A stretch of 64,000 bases of DNA from the NCBI RefSeq assembly GCF_964355755.1, contig NC_092672.1:16492001-16556000 (forward strand), given 5' to 3'. This stretch comes from Antedon mediterranea. Lineage: Eukaryota > Animalia > Echinodermata. Each line of letters starts with the position of its first letter. The first letter of the stretch is position 1. Shown here one piece after another: positions 13,203 through 26,668 of the stretch. A program made the position numbers and the translations under genes. Below the pieces are notes generated by a model. That model was not told where the DNA came from. It was given only the letters and a program-made list of their open reading frames with translations, and searched no databases.

Positions 13203-16200
13203 TATATAGATCAGCGAGAGAGAGATAGATAGATCAGGGAGAGAGAGATAGATAGATCAGCGAGAGAGAGATAGATAGATCAGAGAGAGAGAGAGAGAGA
13301 TAGATCAACGAGAGAGAGATAGATCAGCGAGAGAGAGAGAGATAGATCAGGGAGAGAGAGATAGATCAGCGAGAGAGAGATAGATCAGCGAGAGACTGAG
13401 ATAGAACAGAGAGAGATAGATCAGCGAGAGAGAGATAAATCAGCGAGAGAGAGATAGATCAGCGAGAGAGTGATAGATCAGCGATAGAGAGATAGATCAG
13501 CGAGAGAGAGAGATAGATCAGCGAGAGAGAGATAGATCAGCGAGAGAGAGATAGATCAGCGAGAGAGAGTTAGATAGATCAGCGAGAGAGAGAAAGATAG
13601 ATAGATCAGCCAGAGAGAGATAGATAGATCAGCGAGAGAGAGAGAGATAGATCAGCGAGAGAGAGATAGATCAGCGAGAGAGAGATAGATAGATCAGCGA
13701 GAGAGAGATAGTTAGATCAGCGAGAGAGAGAGATAGATCAGCGAGAGAGAGATAGATTGATCAGCGAGAGAGAGAGAGAGATAGATCAGAGAGAGAGAGA
13801 GATAGATCAGAAAGAGAGAGATAGATCAGCGAGAGAGAGAGAGAGATAGATCAGCGAGAGAGAGAGAGAGAGATATATAGATCAGCGAGAGAGAGATAGA
13901 TAGATAAGGGAGAGAGAGATAGATAGATTAGCGAGAGAGAGAGAGAGAGATATATAGATCAGCGAGAGAGAGATAGATAGATCAGGGAGAGAGAGATAGA
14001 TAGATCAGCGAGAGAGAGATAGATCAGCGAGAGAGAAATAGATCAACGAGAGAGAGATAGATCAGCGAGAGAGAGATAGATCAGCGAGACAGAGATAGAT
14101 CAGCGAGAGAGAGATAGATCAGCAAGAGAGAGAGATAGATCAGCGAGAGAGAGATAGATCAGCGAGAGAGAGATAGATCAGCAAGAGAGAGATAGATCAG
14201 CGAGAGAGAGATAGATCAGCGAGAGAGAGATAGATCAGCGAGAGAGAGATTGATCAGCGAGAGAGAGATAGATCAGCGAGAGAGAGATTGATCAGCGAGA
14301 GAGAGATAGATCAGCGAGAGAGAGATAGATCAGCGCGAGAGAGATAGATCAGCGAGAGAGAGATAGATCAGCGAGAGAGATAGATCAGCGAGAGAGAGAT
14401 AGATCAGCGAGAGGAGCGATACATCAGCGAGAGAGAGATAGATCAGCGAGAGAGATAGAGATAGATAGATCAGCGAGAGAGAGATAGATAGATCAGCGAG
14501 AGAGATATAGATAGATCAGCGAGAGAGAGAGATAGATCAGCGAGAGAGAGATAGATAGATCAGCGAGAGAGATAGATAGATCAGCGACAGAGAGAGAGAT
14601 AGATAGATCAGCGAGAGAGAGAGATAGATCAGCGTGAGAGAGATAGATCAGCGACAGAAAGATAGATCAGCGAGAGAGAGATAGATCAGTGACAGAGAGA
14701 TAGATCAGCGAAAGAGAGATAGATCAGCGAGAGAGAGAGATAGATCAGCGAGAGAGAGAGATAGATCAACGAGAGAGAGATAGATCAGCGAGAGAGAGAG
14801 ATAGATCAAAGAGAGAGAGATAGATCAGCGAGAGAGAGAGAGATAGATCAGCTAGAGAGAGATAGATCAGCGAAAGAGAGACAGATCCGCGAGAGAGAGA
14901 GAGATAGATCAGCGAGAGAGAGAGAGAGAGATCAGCAAGAGAGAGATAGATCAGCGAGAGAGATAGATCAGCGAGAGACTGATAGATCAGGGAGAAAGAG
15001 ATAGATCAGTGAGAGAGAGAAAGATCAGCGAGAGAGAGATAGATCAGCGAGAGAGAGATAGATCAGCGAGAGAGAGATAGATCAGCTAGAGAGAGATAGA
15101 TCAGCGAGAGAGAGAGATAGATCCGCGAGAGAGAGATAGATCAGCGAGAGAGAGATATATAAGCGAGAGAGAGATAGATCAGCGTGAGAGAGAGATAGAT
15201 AAGCGAGAGAGAGATAGATCAGCGAGAGAGATAGATCAGCGAGAGAAATATAGATCAGCGAGAGAGAGATAGATAGATCAGCGAGAGAGATAGATCAGCG
15301 AGAGAGAGATAGATAGATCAGCGAGAGAGAGATAGATCAGCGAGAGAGAGAGAGAGATAGATAAGCGAGAGAGAGATAGATCAGCGAGAGAGAGATAGAT
15401 CAGCGAGAGAGAGATAGGTCAGCGAGAGAGAGATAGATCAGCGAGAGAGAGATAGATCACCGAGAGAGAGATAGATCAGCGAGAGAGAGATAGATCAGCG
15501 AGAGAGATATAGATCAGCGAGAGAGAGATAGATCAGCGAGAGAGAGATAGATCAGCGAGAAAGAGATAGATCAGTGAGAGAGAGATAGATCAGCGAGAGC
15601 GAGATAGATCAGCCAGAGAGAGATAGATAGATCAGCGAGAGAAAGAGAGAGATAGATCAGCGAGAGAGAGATAGATCAGCGAGACAGAGATAGATCAGCA
15701 AGAGAGAGATAGATCAGCGAGAGAGAGAGAGAGAGATAGATCAGCGAGAGAGAGAAAGATCAGCGAGAGAGAGATAGATCAGCAAGAGAGAGATAGATCA
15801 GCGCGAGAGAGATAGATCAGCGAGAGAGAGATAGATCAGCGAGAGAGAGATTGATCAGCGAGAGAGAGATAGATCAGCGAGAGAGAGATATTGATCAGCG
15901 AGAGAGAGATAGATCAGCGAGAGAGAGATAGATCAGCGCGAGAGAGATAGATCAGCGAGAGAGAGATAGATCAGCGAGAGAGAGATAGATCAGCGAGAGA
16001 GAGATAGATCAGAGAGAGGAGAGATAGATCAGCGAGAGAGAGATAGATCAGTGAGAGAGTGATAGATCAGCGATAGAGAGATAGATCAGCGAGAGAGAGA
16101 GATAGATCAGCGAGAGAGAGAGATAGATCAGCGAGAGAGAGATAGATCAGCGAGAGAGAGTTAGATAGATCAGCGAGAGAGAGAAAGATAGATAGATCAG

Positions 16201-18948
16201 CGAGAGAGAGATAGATAGATCAGCGAGAGAGAGAGAGATAGATCAGCGAGAGAGAGAGATAGATAGATCAGCGAGAGAGAGAGAGTTAGATCAGCGAGAG
16301 AGAGAGATAGATCAGCGAGAGAGAGATAGATTGATCAGCGAGAGAGAGAGATAGATCAGAGAGAGAGAGATAGATCAGAGAGAGAGAGATAGATCAGCGA
16401 GAGAGAGAGATAGATCAGCGAGAGAGAGATAGATCAGTGAGAGAGATAGATCAGCGAGAGAGAGATAGATCAGCGAGAGAGAGATTGAACAGCGAGAGAG
16501 AGATAGATCAGCAAGAGAGAGATAGATCAGCGAGAGAGAGATAGATCAGCGAGAGAGATAGATCAGCGAGAGAGCTATAGATCAGAGAGAGAGAGAGATA
16601 GATCAGAGAGAGAGAGAGATAGATCAGCGAGAGAGAGATAGATCAGCGAGAGAGAAATAGATCAACGAGAGAGAGATAGATAAGCGAGAGAGAGATAGAT
16701 CAGCGAGACAGAGATAGATCAGCGAGAGAGAGATAGATCAGCAAGAGAGAGAGATAGATCAGCGAGAGAGAGATAGATTAGCGAGAGAGAGATAGATCAG
16801 CAAGAGAGAGATAGATCAGCGAGAGAGAGATAGATCAGCGAGAGAGAGATAGATCAGCGAGAGAGAGATTGATCAGCGAGAGAGAGATAGATCAGCGAGA
16901 GAGAGATTGATCAGCGAGAGAGAGATAGATCAGCGAGAGAGAGATAGATCAGCGCGAGAGAGATAGATCAGCGAGAGAGAGATAGATCACCGAGAGAGAG
17001 ATAGATCAGCGAGAGAGAGATAGATCAGCGAGAGAGATATAGATCAGCGAGAGAGAGATAGATCAGCGAGAGAGAGATAGATCAGCGAGAAAGAGATAGA
17101 TCAGTGAGAGAGAGATAGATCAGCGAGAGCGAGATAGATCAGCCAGAGAGAGATAGATAGATCAGCGAGAGAAAGAGAGAGATAGATCAGCGAGAGAGAG
17201 ATAGATCAGCGAGACAGAGATAGATCAGCAAGAGAGAGATAGATCAGCGAGAGAGAGAGAGAGAGATAGATCAGCGAGAGAGAGAAAGATCAGCGAGAGA
17301 GAGATAGATCAGCAAGAGAGAGATAGATCAGCGCGAGAGAGATAGATCAGCGAGAGAGAGATAGATCAGCGAGAGAGAGATTGATCAGCGAGAGAGAGAT
17401 AGATCAGCGAGAGAGAGATATTGATCAGCGAGAGAGAGATAGATCAGCGAGAGAGAGATAGATCAGCGCGAGAGAGATAGATCAGCGAGAGAGAGATAGA
17501 TCAGCGAGAGAGAGATAGATCAGCGAGAGAGAGATAGATCAGAGAGAGGAGAGATAGATCAGCGAGAGAGAGATAGATCAGTGAGAGAGTGATAGATCAG
17601 CGATAGAGAGATAGATCAGCGAGAGAGAGAGATAGATCAGCGAGAGAGAGAGATAGATCAGCGAGAGAGAGATAGATCAGCGAGAGAGAGTTAGATAGAT
17701 CAGCGAGAGAGAGAAAGATAGATAGATCAGCGAGAGAGAGATAGATAGATCAGCGAGAGAGAGAGAGATAGATCAGCGAGAGAGAGAGATAGATAGATCA
17801 GCGAGAGAGAGAGAGTTAGATCAGCGAGAGAGAGAGATAGATCAGCGAGAGAGAGATAGATTGATCAGCGAGAGAGAGAGATAGATCAGAGAGAGAGAGA
17901 TAGATCAGAGAGAGAGAGATAGATCAGCGAGAGAGAGAGATAGATCAGCGAGAGAGAGATAGATCAGTGAGAGAGATAGATCAGCGAGAGAGAGATAGAT
18001 CAGCGAGAGAGAGATTGAACAGCGAGAGAGAGATAGATCAGCAAGAGAGAGATAGATCAGCGAGAGAGAGATAGATCAGCGAGAGAGATAGATCAGCGAG
18101 AGAGCTATAGATCAGAGAGAGAGAGAGAGATAGATCAGAGAGAGAGAGAGATAGATCAGCGAGAGAGAGATAGATCAGCGAGAGAGAAATAGATCAACGA
18201 GAGAGAGATAGATAAGCGAGAGAGAGATAGATCAGCGAGACAGAGATAGATCAGCGAGAGAGAGATAGATCAGCAAGAGAGAGAGATAGATCAGCGAGAG
18301 AGAGATAGATTAGCGAGAGAGAGATAGATCAGCAAGAGAGAGATAGATCAGCGAGAGAGAGATAGATCAGCGAGAGAGAGATAGATCAGCGAGAGAGAGA
18401 TTGATCAGCGAGAGAGAGATAGATCAGCGAGAGAGAGATTGATCAGCGAGAGAGAGATAGATCAGCGAGAGAGAGATAGATCAGCGCGAGAGAGATAGAT
18501 CAGCGAGAGAGAGATAGATCAGCGAGAGAGAGATAGATCAGCGAGAGAGAGATAGATCAGTGAGAGGAGAGATACATCAGCGAGAGAGAGATAGATCAGC
18601 GAGAGAGATAGAGATAGATAGATCAGCGAGAGAGAGATAGATAGATCAGCGAGAGAGATATAGATAGATCAGCGAGAGAGATAGATAGATCAGCGAGAGA
18701 GAGATAGATAGATCAGCGAGAGAGATAGATAGATCAGTGAGAGAGAGATAGATCAGCGAGAGAGAGATATATAAACGAGAGAGAGATAGATCAGCGTGAG
18801 AGAGAGATAGATCAGCGAGAGAGAGATAGATCAGCGAGAGAGATAGATCAGCGAGAGAAATATAGATCAGCGAGAGAGAGATAGATAGATCAGCGAGAGA
18901 GATAGATCAGCGAGAGAGAGATAGATAGATCAGCGAGAGAGAGATAGA

Positions 18949-18979
<31 letters not shown>

Positions 18980-19885
18980 TAGATAAGCGAGAGAGAGAGA
19001 TAGATCAGCGAGAGAGAGATAGATCAGCGAGAGAGAGATAGGTCAGCGAGAGAGAGATAGATCAGCGAGAGAGAGATAGATCACCGAAGGAGAGATAGAT
19101 CAGCGAGAGAGAGATAGATCAGTGAGAGAGAGATAGATCAGCGAGAGAGAGATAGATCAGTGAGAGAGAGATAGATCAGCGAGAGAGAGATAGATCAGCG
19201 AGAGAGAGATAGATCAGCGAGAAAGAGATGTATCAGCGAGAGAGAGATAGATCAGCGAGAGCGAGATAGATCAGCGAGAGAGAGATAGATCAGCGAGACA
19301 GAGATAGATCAGCGAGAGAGAGATAGATCAACGAGAGAGAGAGAGAGAGATAGATCAGCGAGAGAGAGAAAGATCAGCGAGAGAGAGATAGATCAGCAAG
19401 AGAGAGATAGATCAGCGCGAGAGAGATAGATCAGCGAGAGAGAGATAGATCAGCGAGAGAGAGATTGATCAGCGAGAGAGAGATAGATCAGCGAGAGAGA
19501 GAGAGATTGATCAGCGAGAGAGAGATAGATCAGCGAGAGAGAGATAGATCAGCGTGAGAGAGATAGATCAGCGAGAGAGAGATAGATCAGCGAGAGAGAG
19601 AGATAGATCAGCGAGAGAGAGATAGATCAGAGAGAGTAGAGATAGATCAGCGAGAGAGAGATAGATCAGTGAGAGAGATAGAGATAGATAGATCAGCGAC
19701 AGAGAGATAGATAGATCAGCGAGAGAGAGAGATAGATAGATCAGCGAGAGAGAGATAGATAGATCAGCGAGAGAGATAGATAGATCAGCGAGAGAGAGAG
19801 AGAGAGAGAGATATAGATCAGCGAGAGAGAGATAGATAGATCAGGGAGAGAGAGATAGATAGATCAGTGAGAGAGAGATAGATAG

Positions 19886-19921
<36 letters not shown>

Positions 19922-22900
19922 TCAACGAGAGAGAGATAGATCAGTGAGAGAGAGAGAGATAGATCAGGGAGAGAGAGATAGATCAGCGAGAGAGAGATAG
20001 ATCAGCGTAAGACAGAGATAGATCAGAGAGAGATAGATCAGCGAGAGAGAGATAAATCAGCGAGAGAGAGATAGATCAGCGAGAGAGTGATAGATCAGCG
20101 ATAGAGAGATAGATCAGCGAGAGAGAGAGATAGATCAGCGAGAGAGATAGATCAGCGAGAGAGAGATAGATCAGCGATAGAGAGTTAGATAGATCAGCGA
20201 GAGAGAGAAAGATAGATAGATCAGCGAGAGAGAGATAGATAGATCAGCGAGAGAGAGAGATAGATCAGCGAGAGAGAGATAGATCAGCGAGAGAGAGATA
20301 AATAGATCAGCGAGAGAGAGATAGTTAGATCAGCGAGAGAGAGAGGTAGATCAGCGAGAGAGAGATAGATTGATCAGCGAGAGAGAGATAGAGATAGATC
20401 AGAGAGAGAGAGATAGATCAGAGAGAGAGAGATAGATCAGCGAGAGAGAGAGAGATAGATCAGCGAGAGAGAGAGAGAGAGAGATATATAGATCAGCGAG
20501 AGAGAGATAGATAGATCAGGGAGAGAGAGATAGATAGATCAGCGAGAGAGAGAGAGAGAGAGATATATAGATCAGCGAGAGAGAGATAGATAGATCAGGG
20601 AGAGAGAGATAGATAGATCAGCGAGAGAGAGATAGATCAGCGAGAGAGAAATAGATCAACGAGAGAGAGATAGATCAGCGAGAGAGAGATAGATCAGCGA
20701 GACAGAGATAGATCAGCGAGAGAGAGATAGATCAGCAAGAGAGAGAGAGATAGATCAGCGAGAGAGAGATAGATCAGCGAGAGAGAGATAGATCAGCAAG
20801 AGAGAGATAGATCAGCGAGAGAGAGATAGATCAGCGAGAGAGAGATAGATCAGCGAGAGAGAGATTGATCAGCGAGAGAGAGATAGATCAGCGAGAGAGA
20901 GATTGATCAGCGAGAGAGAGATAGATCAGCGAGAGAGAGATAGATCAGCGCGAGAGAGATAGATCAGCGAGAGAGAGATAGATCAGCGAGAGAGATAGAT
21001 CAGCGAGAGAGAGATAGATCAGCGAGAGGAGCGATACATCAGCGAGAGAGAGATAGATCAGCGAGAGAGATAGAGATAGATAGATCAGCGAGAGAGAGAT
21101 AGATAGATCAGCGAGAGAGATATAGATAGATCAGCGAGAGAGATAGATAGATCAGCGAGAGAGAGATAGATAGATCAGCGAGAGAGATAGATAGATCAGC
21201 GACAGAGAGAGAGATAGATAGATCAGCGAGAGAGAGATAGATCAGCGTGAGAGAGATAGATCAGCGACAGAAAGATAGATCAGCGAGAGAGAGATAGATC
21301 AGTGACAGAGAGATAGATCAGCGAAAGAGAGATAGATCAGCGAGAGAGAGAGAGATAGATCAGCGAGAGAGAGAGATAGATCAACGAGAGAGAGATAGAT
21401 CAGCGAGAGAGAGAGATAGATCAGGGAGAGAGAGATAGATCAGCGAGAGAGAGAGATAGATCAGCTAGAGAGAGATAGATCAGCGAAAGAGAGACAGATC
21501 CGCGAGAGAGAGAGAGATAGATCAGCGAGAGAGAGAGAGAGAGATCAGCAAGAGAGAGATAGATCAGCGAGAGAGATAGATCAGCGAGAGACTGATAGAT
21601 CAGCGAGAAAGAGATAGATCAGTGAGAGAGAGATAGATCAGCGAGAGAGAGATAGATCAGCGAGAGAGAGATAGATCAGCGAGAGAGAGATAGATCAGCT
21701 AGAGAGAGATATATCAGCGAGAGAGAGAGATAGATCCGCGAGAGAGAGATAGATCAGCGAGAGAGAGATATATAAGCGAGAGAGAGAGATAGATCAGCGT
21801 GAGAGAGAGATAGATCAGCGAGAGAGAGATAGATCAGCGAGAGAAATAGATCAGCGAGAGAAATATAGATCAGCGAGAGAGAGATAGATAGATCAGCGAG
21901 AGAGATAGATCAGCGAGAGAGAGATAGATAGATCAGCGAGAGAGAGATAGATAGATCAGCGAGAGAGATAGATAGATCAGCGAGAGAGAGAGAGATAGAT
22001 AGATCAGCGAGAGAGAGATAGATCAGCGTGAGAGAGATAGATCAGCGACAGAAAGATAGATCAGCGAGAGAGAGATAGATCAGTGACAGAGAGATAGATC
22101 AGCAAAAGAGAGATAGATCAGCGAGAGAGAGAGATAGATCAGCGAGAGAGAGAGATAGATCAACGAGAGAGAGATAGATCAGCGAGAGAGAGAGATAGAT
22201 CAGAGAGAGAGAGATAGATCAGCGAGAGAGAGATAGATCAGCGAGAGAGAGATAGATCAGCGAGAGAGAGATAGATCAGCGAGAGAGATAGATCAGCGAA
22301 AGAGAGATAGATCAGCGAGAGAGAGAGAGAGATAGATCAGCAAGAGAGAGAAAGATCAGCGAGAAAGAGAGATAGATCAGCGAGAGAGAGATAGATCAGC
22401 GAAAGAGAGACAGATCCGCGAGAGAGAGAGAGAGAGAGATAGATCAGCGAGAGAGAGAGAGATCAGCAAGAGAGAGATAGATCAGCGAGAGAGATAGATC
22501 AGCGAGAGAGAGATAGATCAGCGAGAGAGAGATAGATCAGTGAGAGAGAGATAGATCAGCGAGAGAGAGATAGATCAGCGAGAGAGAGAGAGATCAGCGA
22601 GAGAGAGATAGATCAGCTAGAGAGAGATAGATCAGCGAGAGAGAGAGATAAATCCGCGAGAGAGAGATAGATCAGCGAGAGAGAGATATATAAGCGAGAG
22701 AGAGATAGATCAGCGTGAGAGAGAGATAGATCATCGAGAGAGAGATAGATCAGCGAGAGAGATAGATCAGCTAGAGAAATATAGATCAGCGAGAGAGAGA
22801 TAGATAGATCAGCGAGAGAGATAGATCAGCGAGAGAGAGATAGATAGATCAGCGAGAGAGAGATAGATCAGCGAGAGAGAGAGAGATAGATAAGCGAGAG

Positions 22901-24118
22901 AGAGAGATAGATCAGCGAGAGAGAGATAGATCAGCGAGAGAGAGATAGGTCAGCGAGAGAGAGATAGATCAGCGAGAGAGAGATAGATCACCGAGAGAGA
23001 GATAGATCAGCGAGAGAGAGATAGATCAGCGAGAGAGAGATAGATCAGCGAGAGAGAGATAGATCAGCGAGAGAGAGATAGATCAGCGAGAAAGAGATAG
23101 ATCAGCGAGAGATAGATAGATCAGCGAGAGCGAGATAGATCAGCCAGAGAGAGATAGATAGATCAGCGAGAGAAAGAGAGAGATAGATCAGCGAGAGAGA
23201 GATAGATCAGCGAGACAGAGATAGATCAGCGAGAGAGAGATAGATCAGCGAGAGAGAGAGAGATAGATCAGCGAGAGAGAGAAAGATCAGCGAGAGAGAG
23301 ATAGATCAGCAAGAGAGAGATAGATCAGCGCGAGAGAGATAGATCAGCGAGAGAGAGATTGATCAGCGAGAGAGAGATAGATCAGCGAGAGAGAGAGATT
23401 GATCAGCGAGAGAGAGATAGATCAGCGAGAGAGAGATAGATCAGCGCGAGAGAGATAGATCAGCGAGAGAGAGATAGATCAGCGAGAGAGAGATAGATCA
23501 GTGAGAGAGAGATTGATCAGAGAGAGGAGAGATAGATCAGCGAGAGAGAGATAGATCAGTGAGAGAGATAGAGATAGATAGATCAGCGACAGAGAGATAG
23601 ATAGATCAGCGAGAGAGAGATAGATAGATCAGCGAGAGAGAGATAGATAGATCAGCGAGAGAGATAGATAGATCAGCGAGAGAGAGAGAGAGAGGTATAT
23701 AGATCAGCGAGAGAGAGATAGATAGATCAGGGAGAGAGAGATAGATAGATCAGCGAGAGAGAGATAGATAGATCAGAGAGAGAGAGAGATAGATAAATCA
23801 GCGAGAGAGAGATAGATAGATCAGCGAGAGAGAGATAGATAGATCAGCGAGAGGGAGAGAGATAGATCAGCGAGAGAGAGAGAGATAGATCAGCGAGAGA
23901 GAGATAGATAGATCAGCGAGAGAGAGATAGATAGATCAGCGAGAGAGAGAGAGAGATAGATCAGCCAGAGAGAGATAGATAGATAGATCAGCGAGAGAGA
24001 GAGAGAGATAGATCAGCGAGAGAGAGAGATAGATAGATAGATCAGCGAGAGAGAGATAGGTAGATCAGCGAGAGAGAGAGATAGATAGATCAGCGAGAGA
24101 GAGAGAGATAGATAGATC
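1..24118 (+). repeat. Satellite array, unit ATCAGCGAGAGAGAGATAG (~19 bp; variable GA and ATAG copy number)
   Basis: Continuous tandem ATCAGC(GA)n(GATA)mG from base 1 to ...GATAGATC at 24118, where unique sequence begins. Confidence 0.98.
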
Positions 24119-24203
24119 TTCTTTCTTGGAGATCCAAGAAACATTTATTATATATGGCCTTTGGCCCAAATAATATACAATGTAATACAATATTAAATAA
24201 ATA

Positions 24204-25157
24204 TCAGTTGAGTGCGTTTAGAAATTCTGTTCTACGTTTAAATGAAAAGAATAAATATTTTCCAAGTTTAACAATAAGATCAGTATTTGTGGCAGACATA
24301 AGATAAATATATTTTAATTTAGTTGGGTTGTTTGTATAAAAGGAAAACATATATTTAGTTCTAATATCTGAATAAAATGGACAAACTAAAGTGAAATGAT
24401 ATTCATCTTCAATTGATTGTAAAGCACATAATTTGCATAATCTTTCATTTCTATTTATACAATTCCATCTTCCTTTTTCAATTTCTAATTCTAAAATTCC
24501 TAGTCGTATCTTAGTCATAATTTGTCTATGTTTGTAATTTGTTACTTTTGTTAGATATTCTTCAATTCCAAACTTATATTTAACATGCTTGTAATATTGG
24601 AGCTTAGAGTGTAGCCTAGTATCTTCGTAGAATTTCTGTCGTTCAATGTCTGTAAGCCTTTGTTTAAAATTTGAAATAAAAGTATATATATTATTAACCT
24701 GTTGTGAGTACCATATGTTACCAAATCCATTTATGCATAGTATTTGTTTTACGTCATTGGCCCAACATTGCTCATTTCTTTGAGCTTTTCTATATTGAAA
24801 ATCATAACATTGTTTAATAAATTTGTCATTATCCATTTGGATTACTCTTAGCCAATAACGAATTATATTAATGATAATTTGAATTCGGATAGTGAATCTT
24901 CCACATTCTCCTCTCACTGCAACACTTGGTGCAGAATTACCTATTCCTAGAATGTATTTACAGAATCTTAGATGAACTTTCTCTAATACTGATATATCAT
25001 TTAAACCCCATATTTCACTACCATAAAGTAAGATTGGCATAATCTTAACATCAAATATATGGTTCCATATATTAACTTGTAGGTTACCAAAACGTCTATG
25101 GGTCAATCCTTTTAATGTGAACAAAGCCTGTTGACAATTGTATTCTTTGGCTTTATT
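24204..25157 (-). pseudogene. LINE ORF2 C-terminal part (RT thumb plus Cys/His domain), downstream of an in-frame TGA
   Basis: PILLYGSEIWG, LEIEKGRW and CKLC...IEDEYHFTLVC motifs. Same frame as 25158..26651, separated only by the TGA at 25160-25158. Confidence 0.88.
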
Positions 25158-26668
25158 TCAATTACCATTTGAGTTGAAAACAACTCCTAAATATTTAAAG
25201 GATTTGACAATGTCAACTGTATTTCCATTGTAATTCCATTTTTCAAATTTGTTAAGATTACCACCATTCTTTAACACCATAATATTACTCTTGTTAACAT
25301 TGACAGTTACATCCCATCTTGTACAATAGGTAGATAACTTGTTTAAATAATATTGTAGACCATAAACGGTATCACCAAATAACATAAGGTCATCTGCATA
25401 GAGTAAATGATTAATTTTTAGATTTCCTATTTGGATTCTATGTTCGTCGCCTTCCTCATTTAATGTTTCACTCAAATCATTAATAAAAACATTAAATAAA
25501 AAGGACGAGAGTGGCGAACCCTGTTGTATACCTATTAGACATTTGAAAGAATTACTAATATTGCCGTCGACCTTAACATGTGCTGATAACTTATTGTACA
25601 TTGAATTAATAACGTTTAACATTTTTCCTTTTACTCCTGAATTTTTTAGTTTTATGTGAAGATATTGATGTCCTACGGAGTCAAAGGCTCGTTTAAAATC
25701 AATGAAAGCAACATATACTTTCCCACGTTTTTTTCCTAGGTATTTATTAATGATTGTGTTAAGAATAAATACATTATCCGATGTTCTGAACCCCTTTCTA
25801 AAACCGGCTTGTTCCTGATGTAGAATGTTATTATCTTCTGCCCAAAATTGTAATCTTTTATTGATAATATGTAAGAAAATTTTAGCAAAAACAGGAATAA
25901 GTGATATTCCTCTATAATTCTCTGGTTGTTCTTTGTCACCTTTTTTAAATATTGGGACAATAAGGCTGGTTGCCCATTGCTGTGGAAACTGTCCTGTATT
26001 ATAAATTATATTATACAATTTTGTTATTAGATTGATTATATTTTGAGATGAGTGTATAAAAAGTTCTGGTAATAATCCATCGATTCCAGGTGATTTACCT
26101 GTTTTTTGAGATTTAATGGCATGAATTACCTCATCTACTGTAATGTCATTATTTAGGTTAGGTTCGTTTTCATTTACAGCAGGTTCATCATTAATGATAC
26201 TTTCTACATTTTGATCATCTCTATTTTTATCATTATGAAATAAGGATTCGAAGTGAGTGCGCCATGTATTAATACATATATTACTTGGAAAATTTGGTTT
26301 TGTTTGTTTTAGTTTAATCCAAAATGATTTGGAGTTTTTTTCTCCTAATGATCTAATCAATTCTGTACGTGATCTTTTAATATAGTTGTATTTCTTATTT
26401 TTTATTAATGTTTTATATTCTTTTTTCATTTCCAGGTAAGCATTAAGCAATGTTTGTGTACGATTGTGTCGGAATCTATTTAAACTTCTTCGAACTTTGT
26501 TTTTAAGTGCAAGACATTGATTGTCATACCATGTGTCTTTAACTTTAGTTGTTTTATTGTTGGATTTCCTATGGATAATTCCTTTACATGCATATTCATA
26601 CAATCTACCTACAGTTGAAACAGCTTCATCAATTAGGTTATCATTAATCAAGTTAGTTATTTCATTTT
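25158..26668 (-). pseudogene. LINE ORF2 reverse transcriptase domain
   Basis: KSPGIDG, NYRGISL, QAGFR, FIDFKRAFDSV, GIQQGSPLS, LLYADD, FKYLGV. Confidence 0.93.

Noticed and set aside
1-24118. CRISPR-like or coding repeat
   Set aside because: No unique spacers, no cas genes, unit lengths not multiples of three, eukaryotic context.
1-24118. Satellite as a giant telomerase-like tail synthesised by the adjacent LINE
   Set aside because: The same array continues in phase beyond the LINE 5' end, no template unit was seen inside the element, and kb-scale duplications point to DNA-level amplification.
26521-26668. N-terminus of the 419-aa plus-strand ORF
   Set aside because: Antisense host LINE sequence upstream of the TSD, open by chance.
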